In this document: piece after piece, positions 20,251 through 30,400 of the stretch
How the letters are laid out: each line of letters starts with the position of its first letter
Position numbering within the stretch: the first letter of the stretch is position 1
From: Carpediemonas membranifera BICM
Lineage: Eukaryota > Protista > Fornicata
Direction of reading: 5' to 3'
Assembly (NCBI GenBank): GCA_019828565.1
Contig: JAHDYR010000007.1
Coordinates: 506,373-570,372, forward strand
DNA: 64,000 bases
Translations under genes and position numbers: made by a program
The notes under the pieces: model-generated
What the model was told of the DNA's origin: nothing
The model's database searches: none
The model's input: the letters and a program-made list of their open reading frames with translations, nothing else

Positions 20251-21329
20251 TAAGCTGAGTCGACCCCGAACCTGAAGATCACGTCCTCGTACATCACGCC
20301 GTCGACAATGGTCCCGTTCGAAAAGATCGCGACATCCTTGTAGAGTCGCATGTCACCAAACATGCATTTGTTCTCGATCTGGCAGGGATAGTCTTCGTTG
20401 GTCCGGGTCACTGACTGCTCCGTATGGGCGATCGGCTTGAGATCCTCATCCAGTTCCACCGAGCTGCAGCCGGAGTAAAAACCACCCGCGAAGAAGGTGG
20501 TAGCAATGGAGACCTCATTGAGAGCATCGTAGGACAGGAGCATCAGTCTCACACTCCCGTCGGCGTAGATCATCGTGCTTTCCGAGAACGTCCAGATGTC
20601 CTCCTCGGGGGCGTACTGCAGGAACCCTACCCTGGCGCTGGTGGTGTTGTACCTCACAAAGCCGTTGAGCTTGGGGTATACGCCTGGTGCGAGGAACGTG
20701 AGGTCGGAGATGGGGAGCGTCGTGTCCGCAGCGGTGAAGGCCGCGTCGATACCGACAAGGCGCTCCGTAGAGGTCAGGAGGAGGATGGAGAAACCTTCCT
20801 TGTGGTGTGGGTAGAGCTCGATGTATTGGCCGTTCGTGTCGACCCGACCAGAGGGAACACTGATGTTGGCCTGGAGCTCGAGGTCAAGTGAGTATCTCAG
20901 AATCTCGAGCTGGGTGCAGACGTAGAGGTACGTGCCGTCACAGATCATGGGCATTGCGTTGGTGCGGTCGGCAATCTTGGCCGACCCGAGCTGGGTGCCG
21001 TCGTACGCGAGCGCGGCAACCTTGTCGACCTTGGTGCGCACGAAGAGGTGGGGCGTGGTGGCCCCGCGGTCGCTCGCCGGGTTGCTTGCGCCAGTCGTTG
21101 GATCATGCACGCCGGGAAGTGTGAACTGTGAGTCAGCTGTGTGGCGGTCAATGGCACCGTCGTCTATGGTCGTGCTATCGAAATTGAAGATGAAGAACTG
21201 CACATTATCGATGTCCTTGTTCCTGATGGTCCGTATGAACTGCATACTGCGGTGATCGTCGGAGAAACTCATGTCTGTGATGCCCGCATCCTGGAAATCC
21301 GTCATATTGAAGCTCAATAGCATCTCCAC
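20196..21329 (-). CDS. Surface protein family, paralogue B (no evident signal peptide; possibly silent or truncated)
   Basis: Shares the central block with A and C, and C-terminal [14 protein letters not shown] with C; in-frame TGA at 21372-21374 upstream. Confidence 0.7.
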   Translation of the reverse strand: MEMLLSFNMTDFQDAGITDMSFSDDHRSMQFIRTIRNKDIDNVQFFIFNFDSTTIDDGAIDRHTADSQFTLPGVHDPTTGASNPASDRGATTPHLFVRTKVDKVAALAYDGTQLGSAKIADRTNAMPMICDGTYLYVCTQLEILRYSLDLELQANISVPSGRVDTNGQYIELYPHHKEGFSILLLTSTERLVGIDAAFTAADTTLPISDLTFLAPGVYPKLNGFVRYNTTSARVGFLQYAPEEDIWTFSESTMIYADGSVRLMLLSYDALNEVSIATTFFAGGFYSGCSSVELDEDLKPIAHTEQSVTRTNEDYPCQIENKCMFGDMRLYKDVAIFSNGTIVDGVMYEDVIFRFGVDSAYWMRVALAAVVLALAVLA

Positions 21330-21681
21330 ATCACGAGTGCTTCGACTTGAAGAGATTGCCGGGCGCTGTGATCAGTGGCGAGATGCAGTGCCAGTAAGTG
21401 TGTGTGTAGGTGCGAGACTTGAGTATCGGACCCCGGTGCGCTGCTGATTGGCTCGACTTTGGCGAGGCTGATTCATCGAGACGAGACCAAGGTTCAGAGT
21501 GATGGTTATAAAGATATAATTCGAATTTGGGGAATTGTTGTCGAGGTCAAGATCGGCCAAACATCATTTGATCGTCAAGGCCTGAACCCGTCCCGTGTAC
21601 TCTGGCTGACCAGCAGACTCCAGCGCCACAAGACACGTTTAACTAAGACCACCATCAGCATGATACAATACAAGAAACTCC

Positions 21682-22635
21682 TCAAATCTTCCCAATCTTG
21701 ACGCATGCCCGCGCATCCGGCCCCATGGCCCTCAGCATGCCGAACACAGACTCCTTCTTGACAGGCACGCGCACCTTGAGGACGGGGGCGGCGTCACCCT
21801 CCACCAGGGGTGCCATGAGCCGATGCATCTTCTTGACGTTAATCCGCTCGCCCCAGGCCAAGTCGGCGATGACTCGAGCCATCTTTTCGAACACGGGGTC
21901 AAGCCCGTCGAATATTTCACCAGATTCGACCGCATGGCGCTTGATCTTCTCGATCTGGGACTTCTCCCTGACGCCAGACCAGGGGAGCGCCCCCTTGTGG
22001 ATCTCGATGAGGCTGAAGAGGAGCGAGTAGAAGTCATCCTTGATGGTCAGGTCGGCCTCTGTGTGGGCGTTCACGGAACAGTAGTAGTAGCTTCCCCTGA
22101 ACCCCACATTGGTCCGGGGCGGGGCGGGCTTGCCCAGGTACTGCGTCACATACTTGCGGGAGAGGCCGAAGTCGATCATGTAGAGTCTCTGGCGGCTGCT
22201 GTCGACTGCCAGGTTCGCGGGCTTGACGTCCCTGTGCAGGTAGCCGTGCTGGTGGATGATGTCGAGCACCATCACGGCCGCCATGCCGAGGGACATGGTC
22301 TGGGGCAGGGTCAGCGTCTGGGAGATGTAGCTACGGAGGGACAGACCGAGCTTACGCATGGCCAGGTAGCAGAACTGGCCGTCCAAGGCGAACTCGATCA
22401 CGTAGGGAACGCAAGAGGCGCCGCTGGACATGAGATCGGTCATGGTGGTGTATTCGCGGTAGAGAACATGGCGGTGGCGATGTAGCGAGACTTTCAGGGC
22501 TATTGAGATGTTTGTCTCCATGTCTATCGCGTCAAAGACGACGGAAAAGGCTCCAGAGCCGAGTGTAGATTCAACGATGAACCGTTTTCCAATGACATCG
22601 CCCTTCTTAATCGTATAAAGCTCTTCTTTGCTCAT
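21682..22635 (-). CDS. CK1/TTBK-family Ser/Thr kinase
   Basis: LGSGAFSVV, ALK, HRDVKPAN, IDFGLSRKY, FRGSYYYCSVNAH. Confidence 0.92.
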   Translation of the reverse strand: MSKEELYTIKKGDVIGKRFIVESTLGSGAFSVVFDAIDMETNISIALKVSLHRHRHVLYREYTTMTDLMSSGASCVPYVIEFALDGQFCYLAMRKLGLSLRSYISQTLTLPQTMSLGMAAVMVLDIIHQHGYLHRDVKPANLAVDSSRQRLYMIDFGLSRKYVTQYLGKPAPPRTNVGFRGSYYYCSVNAHTEADLTIKDDFYSLLFSLIEIHKGALPWSGVREKSQIEKIKRHAVESGEIFDGLDPVFEKMARVIADLAWGERINVKKMHRLMAPLVEGDAAPVLKVRVPVKKESVFGMLRAMGPDARACVKIGKI

Positions 22636-22881
22636 CAGCGCTATCTGTGTTCAACTGTACCATGTCAGAGTCGCGCGTCAGGCCTCATCTGGTCACGACA
22701 CGCGTAACCTGCGCGTTTTCGAAATCACCCATACGGACACTCGCGCGGCTTCCCAAGAGCGCTAGCGTTCTCGGTTGGCCCAGCTTCGGCAGCTTCGCGT
22801 TGAGTAATTCATGTCTCGGTGGTGTCGAGGTCCCTTGGAATCGCCCGAGCACACCTCCTTGATCCTCTGCGCAACTCATTC

Positions 22882-23620
22882 ATGATAGACTTGAAGTATG
22901 TAGACAATTTGCTCCACCATAAGGTTACTAGGCCTCTTTCTTCTGTGTTTCTGAACTGGCGCTTTCCCTCCTACGCCCACAGCATCTTCCAAGCCTGTAC
23001 GTCTTTCCCAGTGCATTCACACAGCTGATATCTCCATATGCGCCGACGGTGGCGCCAACCGCCTTCTCCAAGTTCTCAACGCCAAGGGCGATCCCGCCGC
23101 TCCGTCACACGTCGTCGGTGACCTCGACTCACTCGACCAGACCACGCTGGACGACCTCAAGGCCCGGGGCAGCACCATTAATAGAGTTAAGGCGCAGGAC
23201 GACAACGACTTTGCCAAGTCTCTGACGTTCCTCGCCCGCCACATCAGTCCCAGGACCCGGCCCCTCGTCGCGGTGGTCGGGGCGTCGGGCGGCAGACTAG
23301 ACCACACCCTGGCCAACATCAGCACTGCCGCATCGAGCCCGTTCGATCCCTCCACGGTCCACATGTTTTCCGAGGACGAGGTCACCCTTGTCCTGCCCCC
23401 CGGTGTCAACAAGATCATACTCCCCGACTGCGCCAGGTCACTGGGAATCCTCCCGGTGTTCGGGCCGTCAGTGGTGTCGACCTCGGGCTTCCAGTGGGAT
23501 GTGTCCGGCGTTGAGATGGCCATGGGCGGGTTCATCTCCTCGTCAAACAAGGCGGTGAGGCGGGACGTCGTGGTGAAGAACAGCAGGCCCGTGTGCTTCA
23601 CGGCGTGTCTGTCGGAGTGA
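22882..23620 (+). CDS. TPK1: Thiamine pyrophosphokinase; exons 22882-22996 and 23025-23620
   Basis: ICADGGANRL, VGDLDS, QDDNDFAK, GGRLDHTLAN, TSGFQW, SSSN after removing a 28-nt intron. Confidence 0.9.
22997..23024 (+). other. Spliceosomal intron, 28 nt
   Basis: GTACGT...TTCACACAG; removal restores the TPK frame. Confidence 0.88.
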
Positions 23621-24159
23621 GGCCCGGTGAGGGTTGACATGGTTTGTATTAAAGCCGGTGGTACATGCTATCAGATGGCATTGCTGGCGGCCGGCAATTT
23701 GTCATACACAGTGAAATGTGATCAAATCATATCAGCGATAACTACGCAATTTCTGAAACATTTGAGAGATGTTCACACGAATGAGAGCACCTCAACTCAG
23801 CACATCCAGAAATAGGCATGACCGCTGGCATTAATCCTCTTCGGCGAGGTCAAAAGTTAAGGAGGGAGACAGGGCAGTGTTGCGCAGTATAAACACATTG
23901 TTGGACCCTTCAATAGCACAGCCTCGAGTTGCTAAAACTGCGAAATCCTGCTCACTCGCGGCGTGCTCCAAAGCGCAACCTCTGGGAGCTAACCGTCCAC
24001 GTCCAGACAGGCTGATGCCCGAGTCTTGCAGGTCTGACCAGCCCTACTGACAACCGCACCTGAAGCAACTGCAATCCAAAGAGGGCAAGGGCATATGACC
24101 TTAAAGTGCGGTTCTGTCAGATCTGGCAAAACAAAGATCTCTCGATCTAGAGATTCCCA

Positions 24160-27100
24160 ATGAGCGCCGAAGCATTGGCCCTCACTGATGATGTAGGGGT
24201 TTTGTCCTTTAATACGTTTGCTCGAGAGCATGCGGCGTTGAAGACCTGTGTTGCTAATATCGTCATCGGGGTCGTATTCGCCGTTTGGGCCATGGTTGAC
24301 TTCACAAATGATGAGCTTTCATCTACAGTTCAGAGAATTTTCATCTACACCCGGCTAACAACCTTCGTCCTGATGCTTTTGCTGTGCTTGCTGTTCCTCA
24401 TTCCCATAATACGCACCCGGCTGGTCTACGTCACCGCAAACCTATCATACACTGTGCTGCTGATCGGGAACTGCATCCTTACGATCGCCCTGCCGCTTCC
24501 CAGCAGCACCTGGCTCGGTTTCATCCTCGTCGCGACGTATCCCGCACTCCTTCTCGTCCCCCGTAACACCCTGACCTTCTGGTACTTCCTAGCGACACTC
24601 AGCGTCATCCCAATTGATCTGATTATCGCTGCTGCCGGCAAGGATAGCGAGCTTCTCGTCAAGCCCGTCTTCTACGCTTACATGTTCCAGATCATGTTCA
24701 TGATCTTCGCGTGGGCCGCTATGCGCGTGCTCCTCACCATCCCCATCGAGGAATCCACCCGCCGCAAGTTCCTGGCCCACCGCAAGCTCATCGACGAGGC
24801 GAGTCGCCTCAAGCACCTCCTCTCGCTTCTGGTCCCCGCGAACGCCGTCGAGCGGCTCCTAACGACGGGGGAGTACAGCGGCGCGGACGACGGCACGGTT
24901 GTCATCATCGACTTCGAGTGCGGCGACAACACGGGCGGCCTCAGACAGGTCGTCGGTATCGTCGGCCAGCTATCCGAGCTCGGCCAGCTCTTCGGGTGCC
25001 GCACCGTCCGCGCCACGGTGACCGGAGTCATGCTGCTGGCGGGCAACGACTCCACCTCCGTGACAAGGGCCATGCAGTTCGCCGCGGTCGCCATGACGGC
25101 CTTCAAGGTGCTCAGGGATGACCTCTCGGGTCATCTCGACTCCAGCGTCCAGATCAGGGTCGGTGTGGGCATCGGGCGGTACCACGGGGGGGTGATTGGC
25201 GTCAACCGCTTCCGCTTTGACATCTGGGGCCCCGCAGTCAACCGTGCGCGCCGCGTCGTCCAGAAGGCCCGAGACGGCGTCTGCAGCACCGATTCTGTGA
25301 TCACGCGGCTCGCCCCAGACCACATGCTGCTCTTCACGGTCACCGCCTCCGGCACGGCGCATGTCAGGCCCACGACGGCCTTGCTGGAGCTGTGGCGCGA
25401 CGACGTGCAGTCCGTCTTCCCCTGCGACATCTCGGCCTACACCGCGGGCCTCTCAGACGCCGACGACACGGGCTACGGCACCAGAGGGGCGGACGACGAG
25501 ACGTTCGACAGTGCAAGCGACATGGACGCCGCTCCCGCCCGGACCCGGGTCGAATCACACCTCACCCTTCGTCGAGACCCCACTACGTCCACGGCCGAGG
25601 TCAACACAAGCCTGGCAGACTACCTGGTCGAGCCCGCGAGCCGCACGCAGCGCTTCAGCTGGTCAGACCCGAGCTTCCGGTCGGTCAAGCGGGGCGATGT
25701 GCTCGAGTTCCTACAGTTCGAGATCCAGCACAACTACAGGGACTACACCAACTCCATGAAGTACGTCTCCATTTTCTGCTTCGCCTGCGTCATTCCCGAC
25801 CTGATGCTCATGTGGTACAGAGACGTCTCGGACCGCCGCGAGCTCGCGCTGTTCTCCTATTTCATCGCCAGCCGCATCTCATGTGCCCTCTTTCTCATGG
25901 TCTGGGCCCACCTGATGGGCCAGATCTCACCCGGCCGGGCCCGCCGCGCCGTACTCACGACGACGCTGCTGTGCATCCCCCCCATGGTCGTCCACCTGAT
26001 GTTCATGGCGTCGACTCTCATCGTGACTCTCCAGCTGCTCGACGTCGACCCAGGGGCCGACTGGAACGGCGGCGAGATCCAGACACTGCACAACGTCATC
26101 AGTACGGTCGTGCCCATGTACATCCTCGCCTCCACCGCCGGCCAGCCGTCTCTTGTCTTCGCCATCACATGCATCGGCATGCCTGTCGCCCTCGCCGTCG
26201 GGGCCGTCATTCTCACCTCACTGTCAGCGGGCTACACGCTCAACGTCATCGCCTCCGCAGCCCTTGTGGGCGGCATCCTCACCCTCTTCCAGCGGGTCGA
26301 CCAGGTCCGGTCATGGCACCTCACACGACTCGCACTCGACCAGACCCGCCGCACGACGCTCATGGCATCCCACGCAGCACCCGGCCTGGTGAACTTCATG
26401 ACCCACACGGAGCCCGCCCCAGCCCCCAGGGCGACCGTCGTGACCCGGGCGGTGTCGGTCTTCGCCTGCTCGTTTAATCGGGTCAACTCATACGTCGACC
26501 ATACTGCTGCGGACCGCGTGGCTCTCATTAATGTCGTGCATCGCGTGCTCGACGACTTTGTGATGAAGTCAGACATCCTCGAGAAACTTCCATCACGACG
26601 CGACGAGTACATGGTTGTCGCCGGCGTCAGACAGCTACTGTCACCCGCTGAGACTGCCGAAGAGATGGCCCAGTTCGTACTCGTCGTCCAGGACACGTTT
26701 GACCGGCTCACCGAGGACGGCGTCCTCCCGCCGCACGCCCTCGAGGCCGCCGTCTCGTCGGGCCTTGTTTTCGCGGTCCTGTACGACCACGAGCACTCCC
26801 GCTGGCTCAAGGCGACAGACGACATCTCTGGCCCCGCCGTCGACATGGCGCGCAGGATGCGGGCCATGAATAGCGACCTCGTCCTAATCTGCCCCGAGAC
26901 GGCTGGCCAGCTCCGGACGAGCTCCCTCGTGAACCCGCGGACGGAGGCGGTGCTGGAGGACGGCACGGTGTACTTCAGCCTGGCCAGGGTCGCCACGGAG
27001 GCCTTCACGGAGGTCTCCTCCATCCCCGACGTCGACCTCGGCTTCACCATCCAGCCTGAGGACTCGGCGAAGTCTCTGGGCCACGCGTCTGTCGCCTCGC

Positions 27101-27315
27101 TCCCGTCGTATCCCGCGGGTAACTCGGACGCCACCTCGGACCACTGTGTCGCGTCCCTGTCTGATTCGGGCGGGCTGACCTCAGGGGGCGATGACGCCAT
27201 GACCGTTGGGACCTGCTCGGAGCAGGAGACGGAGAGCGACCAGGAGCCCTACCACGGGCTGTCGGAGCGGGTGGGGACGACGGAGATCGTCATCCCCGAC
27301 GAGGAGGTGGAGTGA
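24160..27315 (+). CDS. Membrane adenylate/guanylate cyclase-like protein (two TM clusters, two degenerate class III cyclase domains)
   Basis: IRVGVGIG..GGVIG..RFRFDIWGPAVNRARR; second domain DEYMVVAG...DISGPAVDMARRM. Confidence 0.8.
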   Translation: MSAEALALTDDVGVLSFNTFAREHAALKTCVANIVIGVVFAVWAMVDFTNDELSSTVQRIFIYTRLTTFVLMLLLCLLFLIPIIRTRLVYVTANLSYTVLLIGNCILTIALPLPSSTWLGFILVATYPALLLVPRNTLTFWYFLATLSVIPIDLIIAAAGKDSELLVKPVFYAYMFQIMFMIFAWAAMRVLLTIPIEESTRRKFLAHRKLIDEASRLKHLLSLLVPANAVERLLTTGEYSGADDGTVVIIDFECGDNTGGLRQVVGIVGQLSELGQLFGCRTVRATVTGVMLLAGNDSTSVTRAMQFAAVAMTAFKVLRDDLSGHLDSSVQIRVGVGIGRYHGGVIGVNRFRFDIWGPAVNRARRVVQKARDGVCSTDSVITRLAPDHMLLFTVTASGTAHVRPTTALLELWRDDVQSVFPCDISAYTAGLSDADDTGYGTRGADDETFDSASDMDAAPARTRVESHLTLRRDPTTSTAEVNTSLADYLVEPASRTQRFSWSDPSFRSVKRGDVLEFLQFEIQHNYRDYTNSMKYVSIFCFACVIPDLMLMWYRDVSDRRELALFSYFIASRISCALFLMVWAHLMGQISPGRARRAVLTTTLLCIPPMVVHLMFMASTLIVTLQLLDVDPGADWNGGEIQTLHNVISTVVPMYILASTAGQPSLVFAITCIGMPVALAVGAVILTSLSAGYTLNVIASAALVGGILTLFQRVDQVRSWHLTRLALDQTRRTTLMASHAAPGLVNFMTHTEPAPAPRATVVTRAVSVFACSFNRVNSYVDHTAADRVALINVVHRVLDDFVMKSDILEKLPSRRDEYMVVAGVRQLLSPAETAEEMAQFVLVVQDTFDRLTEDGVLPPHALEAAVSSGLVFAVLYDHEHSRWLKATDDISGPAVDMARRMRAMNSDLVLICPETAGQLRTSSLVNPRTEAVLEDGTVYFSLARVATEAFTEVSSIPDVDLGFTIQPEDSAKSLGHASVASLPSYPAGNSDATSDHCVASLSDSGGLTSGGDDAMTVGTCSEQETESDQEPYHGLSERVGTTEIVIPDEEVE

Positions 27316-27409
27316 GGGTATACATACGGATATATATCATGTGAATGTTACATAAATGCTGCGATGTCATCCGCCGTTAATAATACCAATTTATACACAT
27401 ATATATGGT

Positions 27410-30400
27410 CTACTCGACGGTGTTGAGCACGAGAGCGACGCCCTGGAGGACCCAGACGTTGATGTGCTTGTCCGTCTTGAGATCGGCAGTGAATACAAGA
27501 CCCTCGCCCATAGCGTTGCGGCGGGCCTGCGTGACGTAGACGGGGCACTTGAAGTTGTTGGTGAGCTTCAGCTTGGCCTGCTCGATGGGCACGATCTGCA
27601 TCACAGGCATCAGCGTTACGAGCTCCTTGGGCCGCTGCCGCCGGAGCCGGACGTTTTCGACGTCCCAGCCGGCGCCCTCGATGTAGAGGCCGGTGCAGTA
27701 GCAGCCCATGGCGGGCCGCTCAGTGATCTCGGCGGGGTTCTGGATAGTGGTGACGACCGTCGTCAGGGTCGACCGGTCGAGCGGCCAGCCCTTTGCCCTG
27801 CATGCCGTCTGTACGAGGGCCGTGATGTACGATTCTGGGATGTGCAAGCCCGGTAGCCAGATGCAGACCGGCTCCTTGTCCGTCGCCCAGGCGCTGTACT
27901 GCTCGAAGCGGCGCTTGAAGTGCAGCATCCATGAGCCGAGAAGCTTCTCCGTGTTGGGGGCGATGCGGCGCCAGGCGTCAGGCAGCTGGCCGTTGAACAG
28001 GGAGTTGGCGAGCGAGTCGATCTGCGCGGACATGCCGATCTCGCCGGCCAGGGCGCGCTGGAGATCCTTGAGAGTGACCTTCATCAAGTCGATGAGGCCG
28101 TTGAACCGCTCAACCTCCTGCAGCAGGACGATGTCGGTGGGGCTGGGGATGTCCATGTCGCCCCGCATACGGGGGATGTCAAACTCGTCGGGAATGCGGG
28201 CCTGGATGTCAGAGGCGATCGTCGAGATGAACGTCTCGCGGTTGACACCAGAGCTCTGGCCGCCGGTGCGGGGCTGGAGGGAGACGAGGTCGCGGAACAT
28301 CTCGCGTGTAGACGAGGAGAGGTAGGCGATCTCGGCGTTGCCGTGGAGGCCCAGGATCTCGGGCGAGGAGAGGAGCGGCAGGGCCTCGACCTGGTTGACG
28401 TAGACCTCGCGGTCTCCAGAGAGGGGGATGTTGAAGGGAGACTCTTCGTCGCCCTCGGCGAGGTAGAAGTGGAACTTGCGGAAGGTATCGAAGACGAAAT
28501 CTCCCATGTACTCGTCTAGATACGTCATGACCACACGTCTGTCAAAGTCACACGTGACACGGCCGCCGTACATGGCCTCGCCGATGAGGTAGCGGAGGGA
28601 GCCCCACGGAATGACGCCGTTCTCCGCCTTGTTGAGGTATGTAGCGAGCAGCTTCAGGCACACGGCGAGGTCCGAGTCGTTGAAGTCGTAGGGGACGTTG
28701 AACCCGAGCTTGCCGTACCTCCGCCGCTCCTGGACGACGGCGTGGAAGAAACAGAGGTCGTATACGAGCGGCTTGAATGCGGGGTGGGCAGACTCGCTGA
28801 GGGTCTCGTCCGTGATTCGGGCAACGGACGACCTCATGTTGAGCTTGAGGCCGTTCGGGGGCTCCGTGACGACCTTGAGGGCGCGCTGCAGCAGCCCGAG
28901 GGGGAACTTGTCGGTCGGGTCCGTAGTGAGCCAGAGCCGGAACTGGGCGTGGGGCTTGGGGTGCTTCTCGAGAAGCTTCTCGAGGGCCTTGAGCCAACGC
29001 CAGAGGAGGTGGCAGCTGTGTGAGGGGTGATAAAGGGGGTACAAACTTGCTGAGGACAATCCATTGGCCGCGCTGGATGGCGGTCTCGAGGTACTGCTCG
29101 GCGATCGGCCCCTGGCCCTGGCCAAGCGAGACGTACTTCAGCTTGGGGCCGGAGAACCCGAGCTTGTCGCCGAGCTTGAAGATGTCCGTCGTCGGATCGG
29201 CACCAGGCGAGAGGATGAAAAGGATGGGCGAGAAGCATGACGACTGGCGGAAGATGTTCTCGTAGTCGAGGACGGGCGGCTGGACGAAGCGCTCGCCCAT
29301 GACGTCGATGACGAAGTCCGTCACGGCGTGGTAGACGCGGTCGATGCGGAAGCAGCGGAGCAGGAGCATGCACTCGAACTTCGAGAGCTCGGCGGGGCCC
29401 TCCTCGCTGGCAAGAGGAACGAAGGGCGGCGTGGCGGCCTCAGGCTTTTCCAGGTCGGTCCATTCCTTCCAGGCGGCGAGGTTGCCCTCGATATGGTCGA
29501 GCAATGCCTCATAGCGAGGGGAGAGCTCCGTCATGCGGGTGAGGTCCTCCCAGCCCTGGTCGGGGATCCAGGACGCGGGGCGGGTGCGGGCGGACTTCTC
29601 GAGCGAGAGGTTGCCCTTGAGGAGGAAGTCGAGGTTCGCCTTGTTAAGCTTGTCGTCGCTGGCAAGCAGGGCACATGTCATCTGGAAGGAGAACATGAGC
29701 TTGTGCTTCTCGAACAGAGAGGTACATGTGTAGTCGTAGACGTTCACCGTCAGCGTGTCGATGATGTTGACCAGCCTGGACTGCAGGTTAGGGTCCTGCT
29801 CGGCCTGCCTCAGCGAGTTGATGAAGACCTCGAGGAAGGAGTTGAGGGAGTACTCGTACATGGGGGAGATGTTCGAGAGGCCGTTCATCACGAAGAATAG
29901 GGTCGCGCCGCGCTTGGCGATGGGGCGGTAGACTGCTCTGGCCTTGTCGATCGCCTCGGCCGTCTTGGTGGCGAGGTCGAGCTTCTCGGAGATCTCGGTG
30001 GCCTTGGCCTTGGTCTCCTCGAGGGTGCCGATGAGGTCGTCATTGTCGAGGATGTTGCCGGTCGAGTTGGCCAGCTCTCTCAGCAGCGTGTCCTCGAGCT
30101 CCTTGAGCAGCTGCTTGTTCTCGGACATCTGCTGCACGAGGTCCTTGCGCTGCTCCTCCAGGTCTGCCCGTTCGAGCTCGACGGTGACGTTGAGGAGCTG
30201 GTCGGCGAGGCCCTGCTCTGTAACAGAGTAGTTGATGATGCTGGTCTTGCCGAAGACCTCGGGCCCGTAGCCCTGCGGGTTGGCGATCTTCGTGGTCATG
30301 TAAAGTCTGAAGGAATCATCCCAATCAACGTCCTTGTCGCCGAGCTTGATCACCTTGCGGTTACCGATAAGCGTGTAGTTCTTCTCGAGCACGGTGTCGA

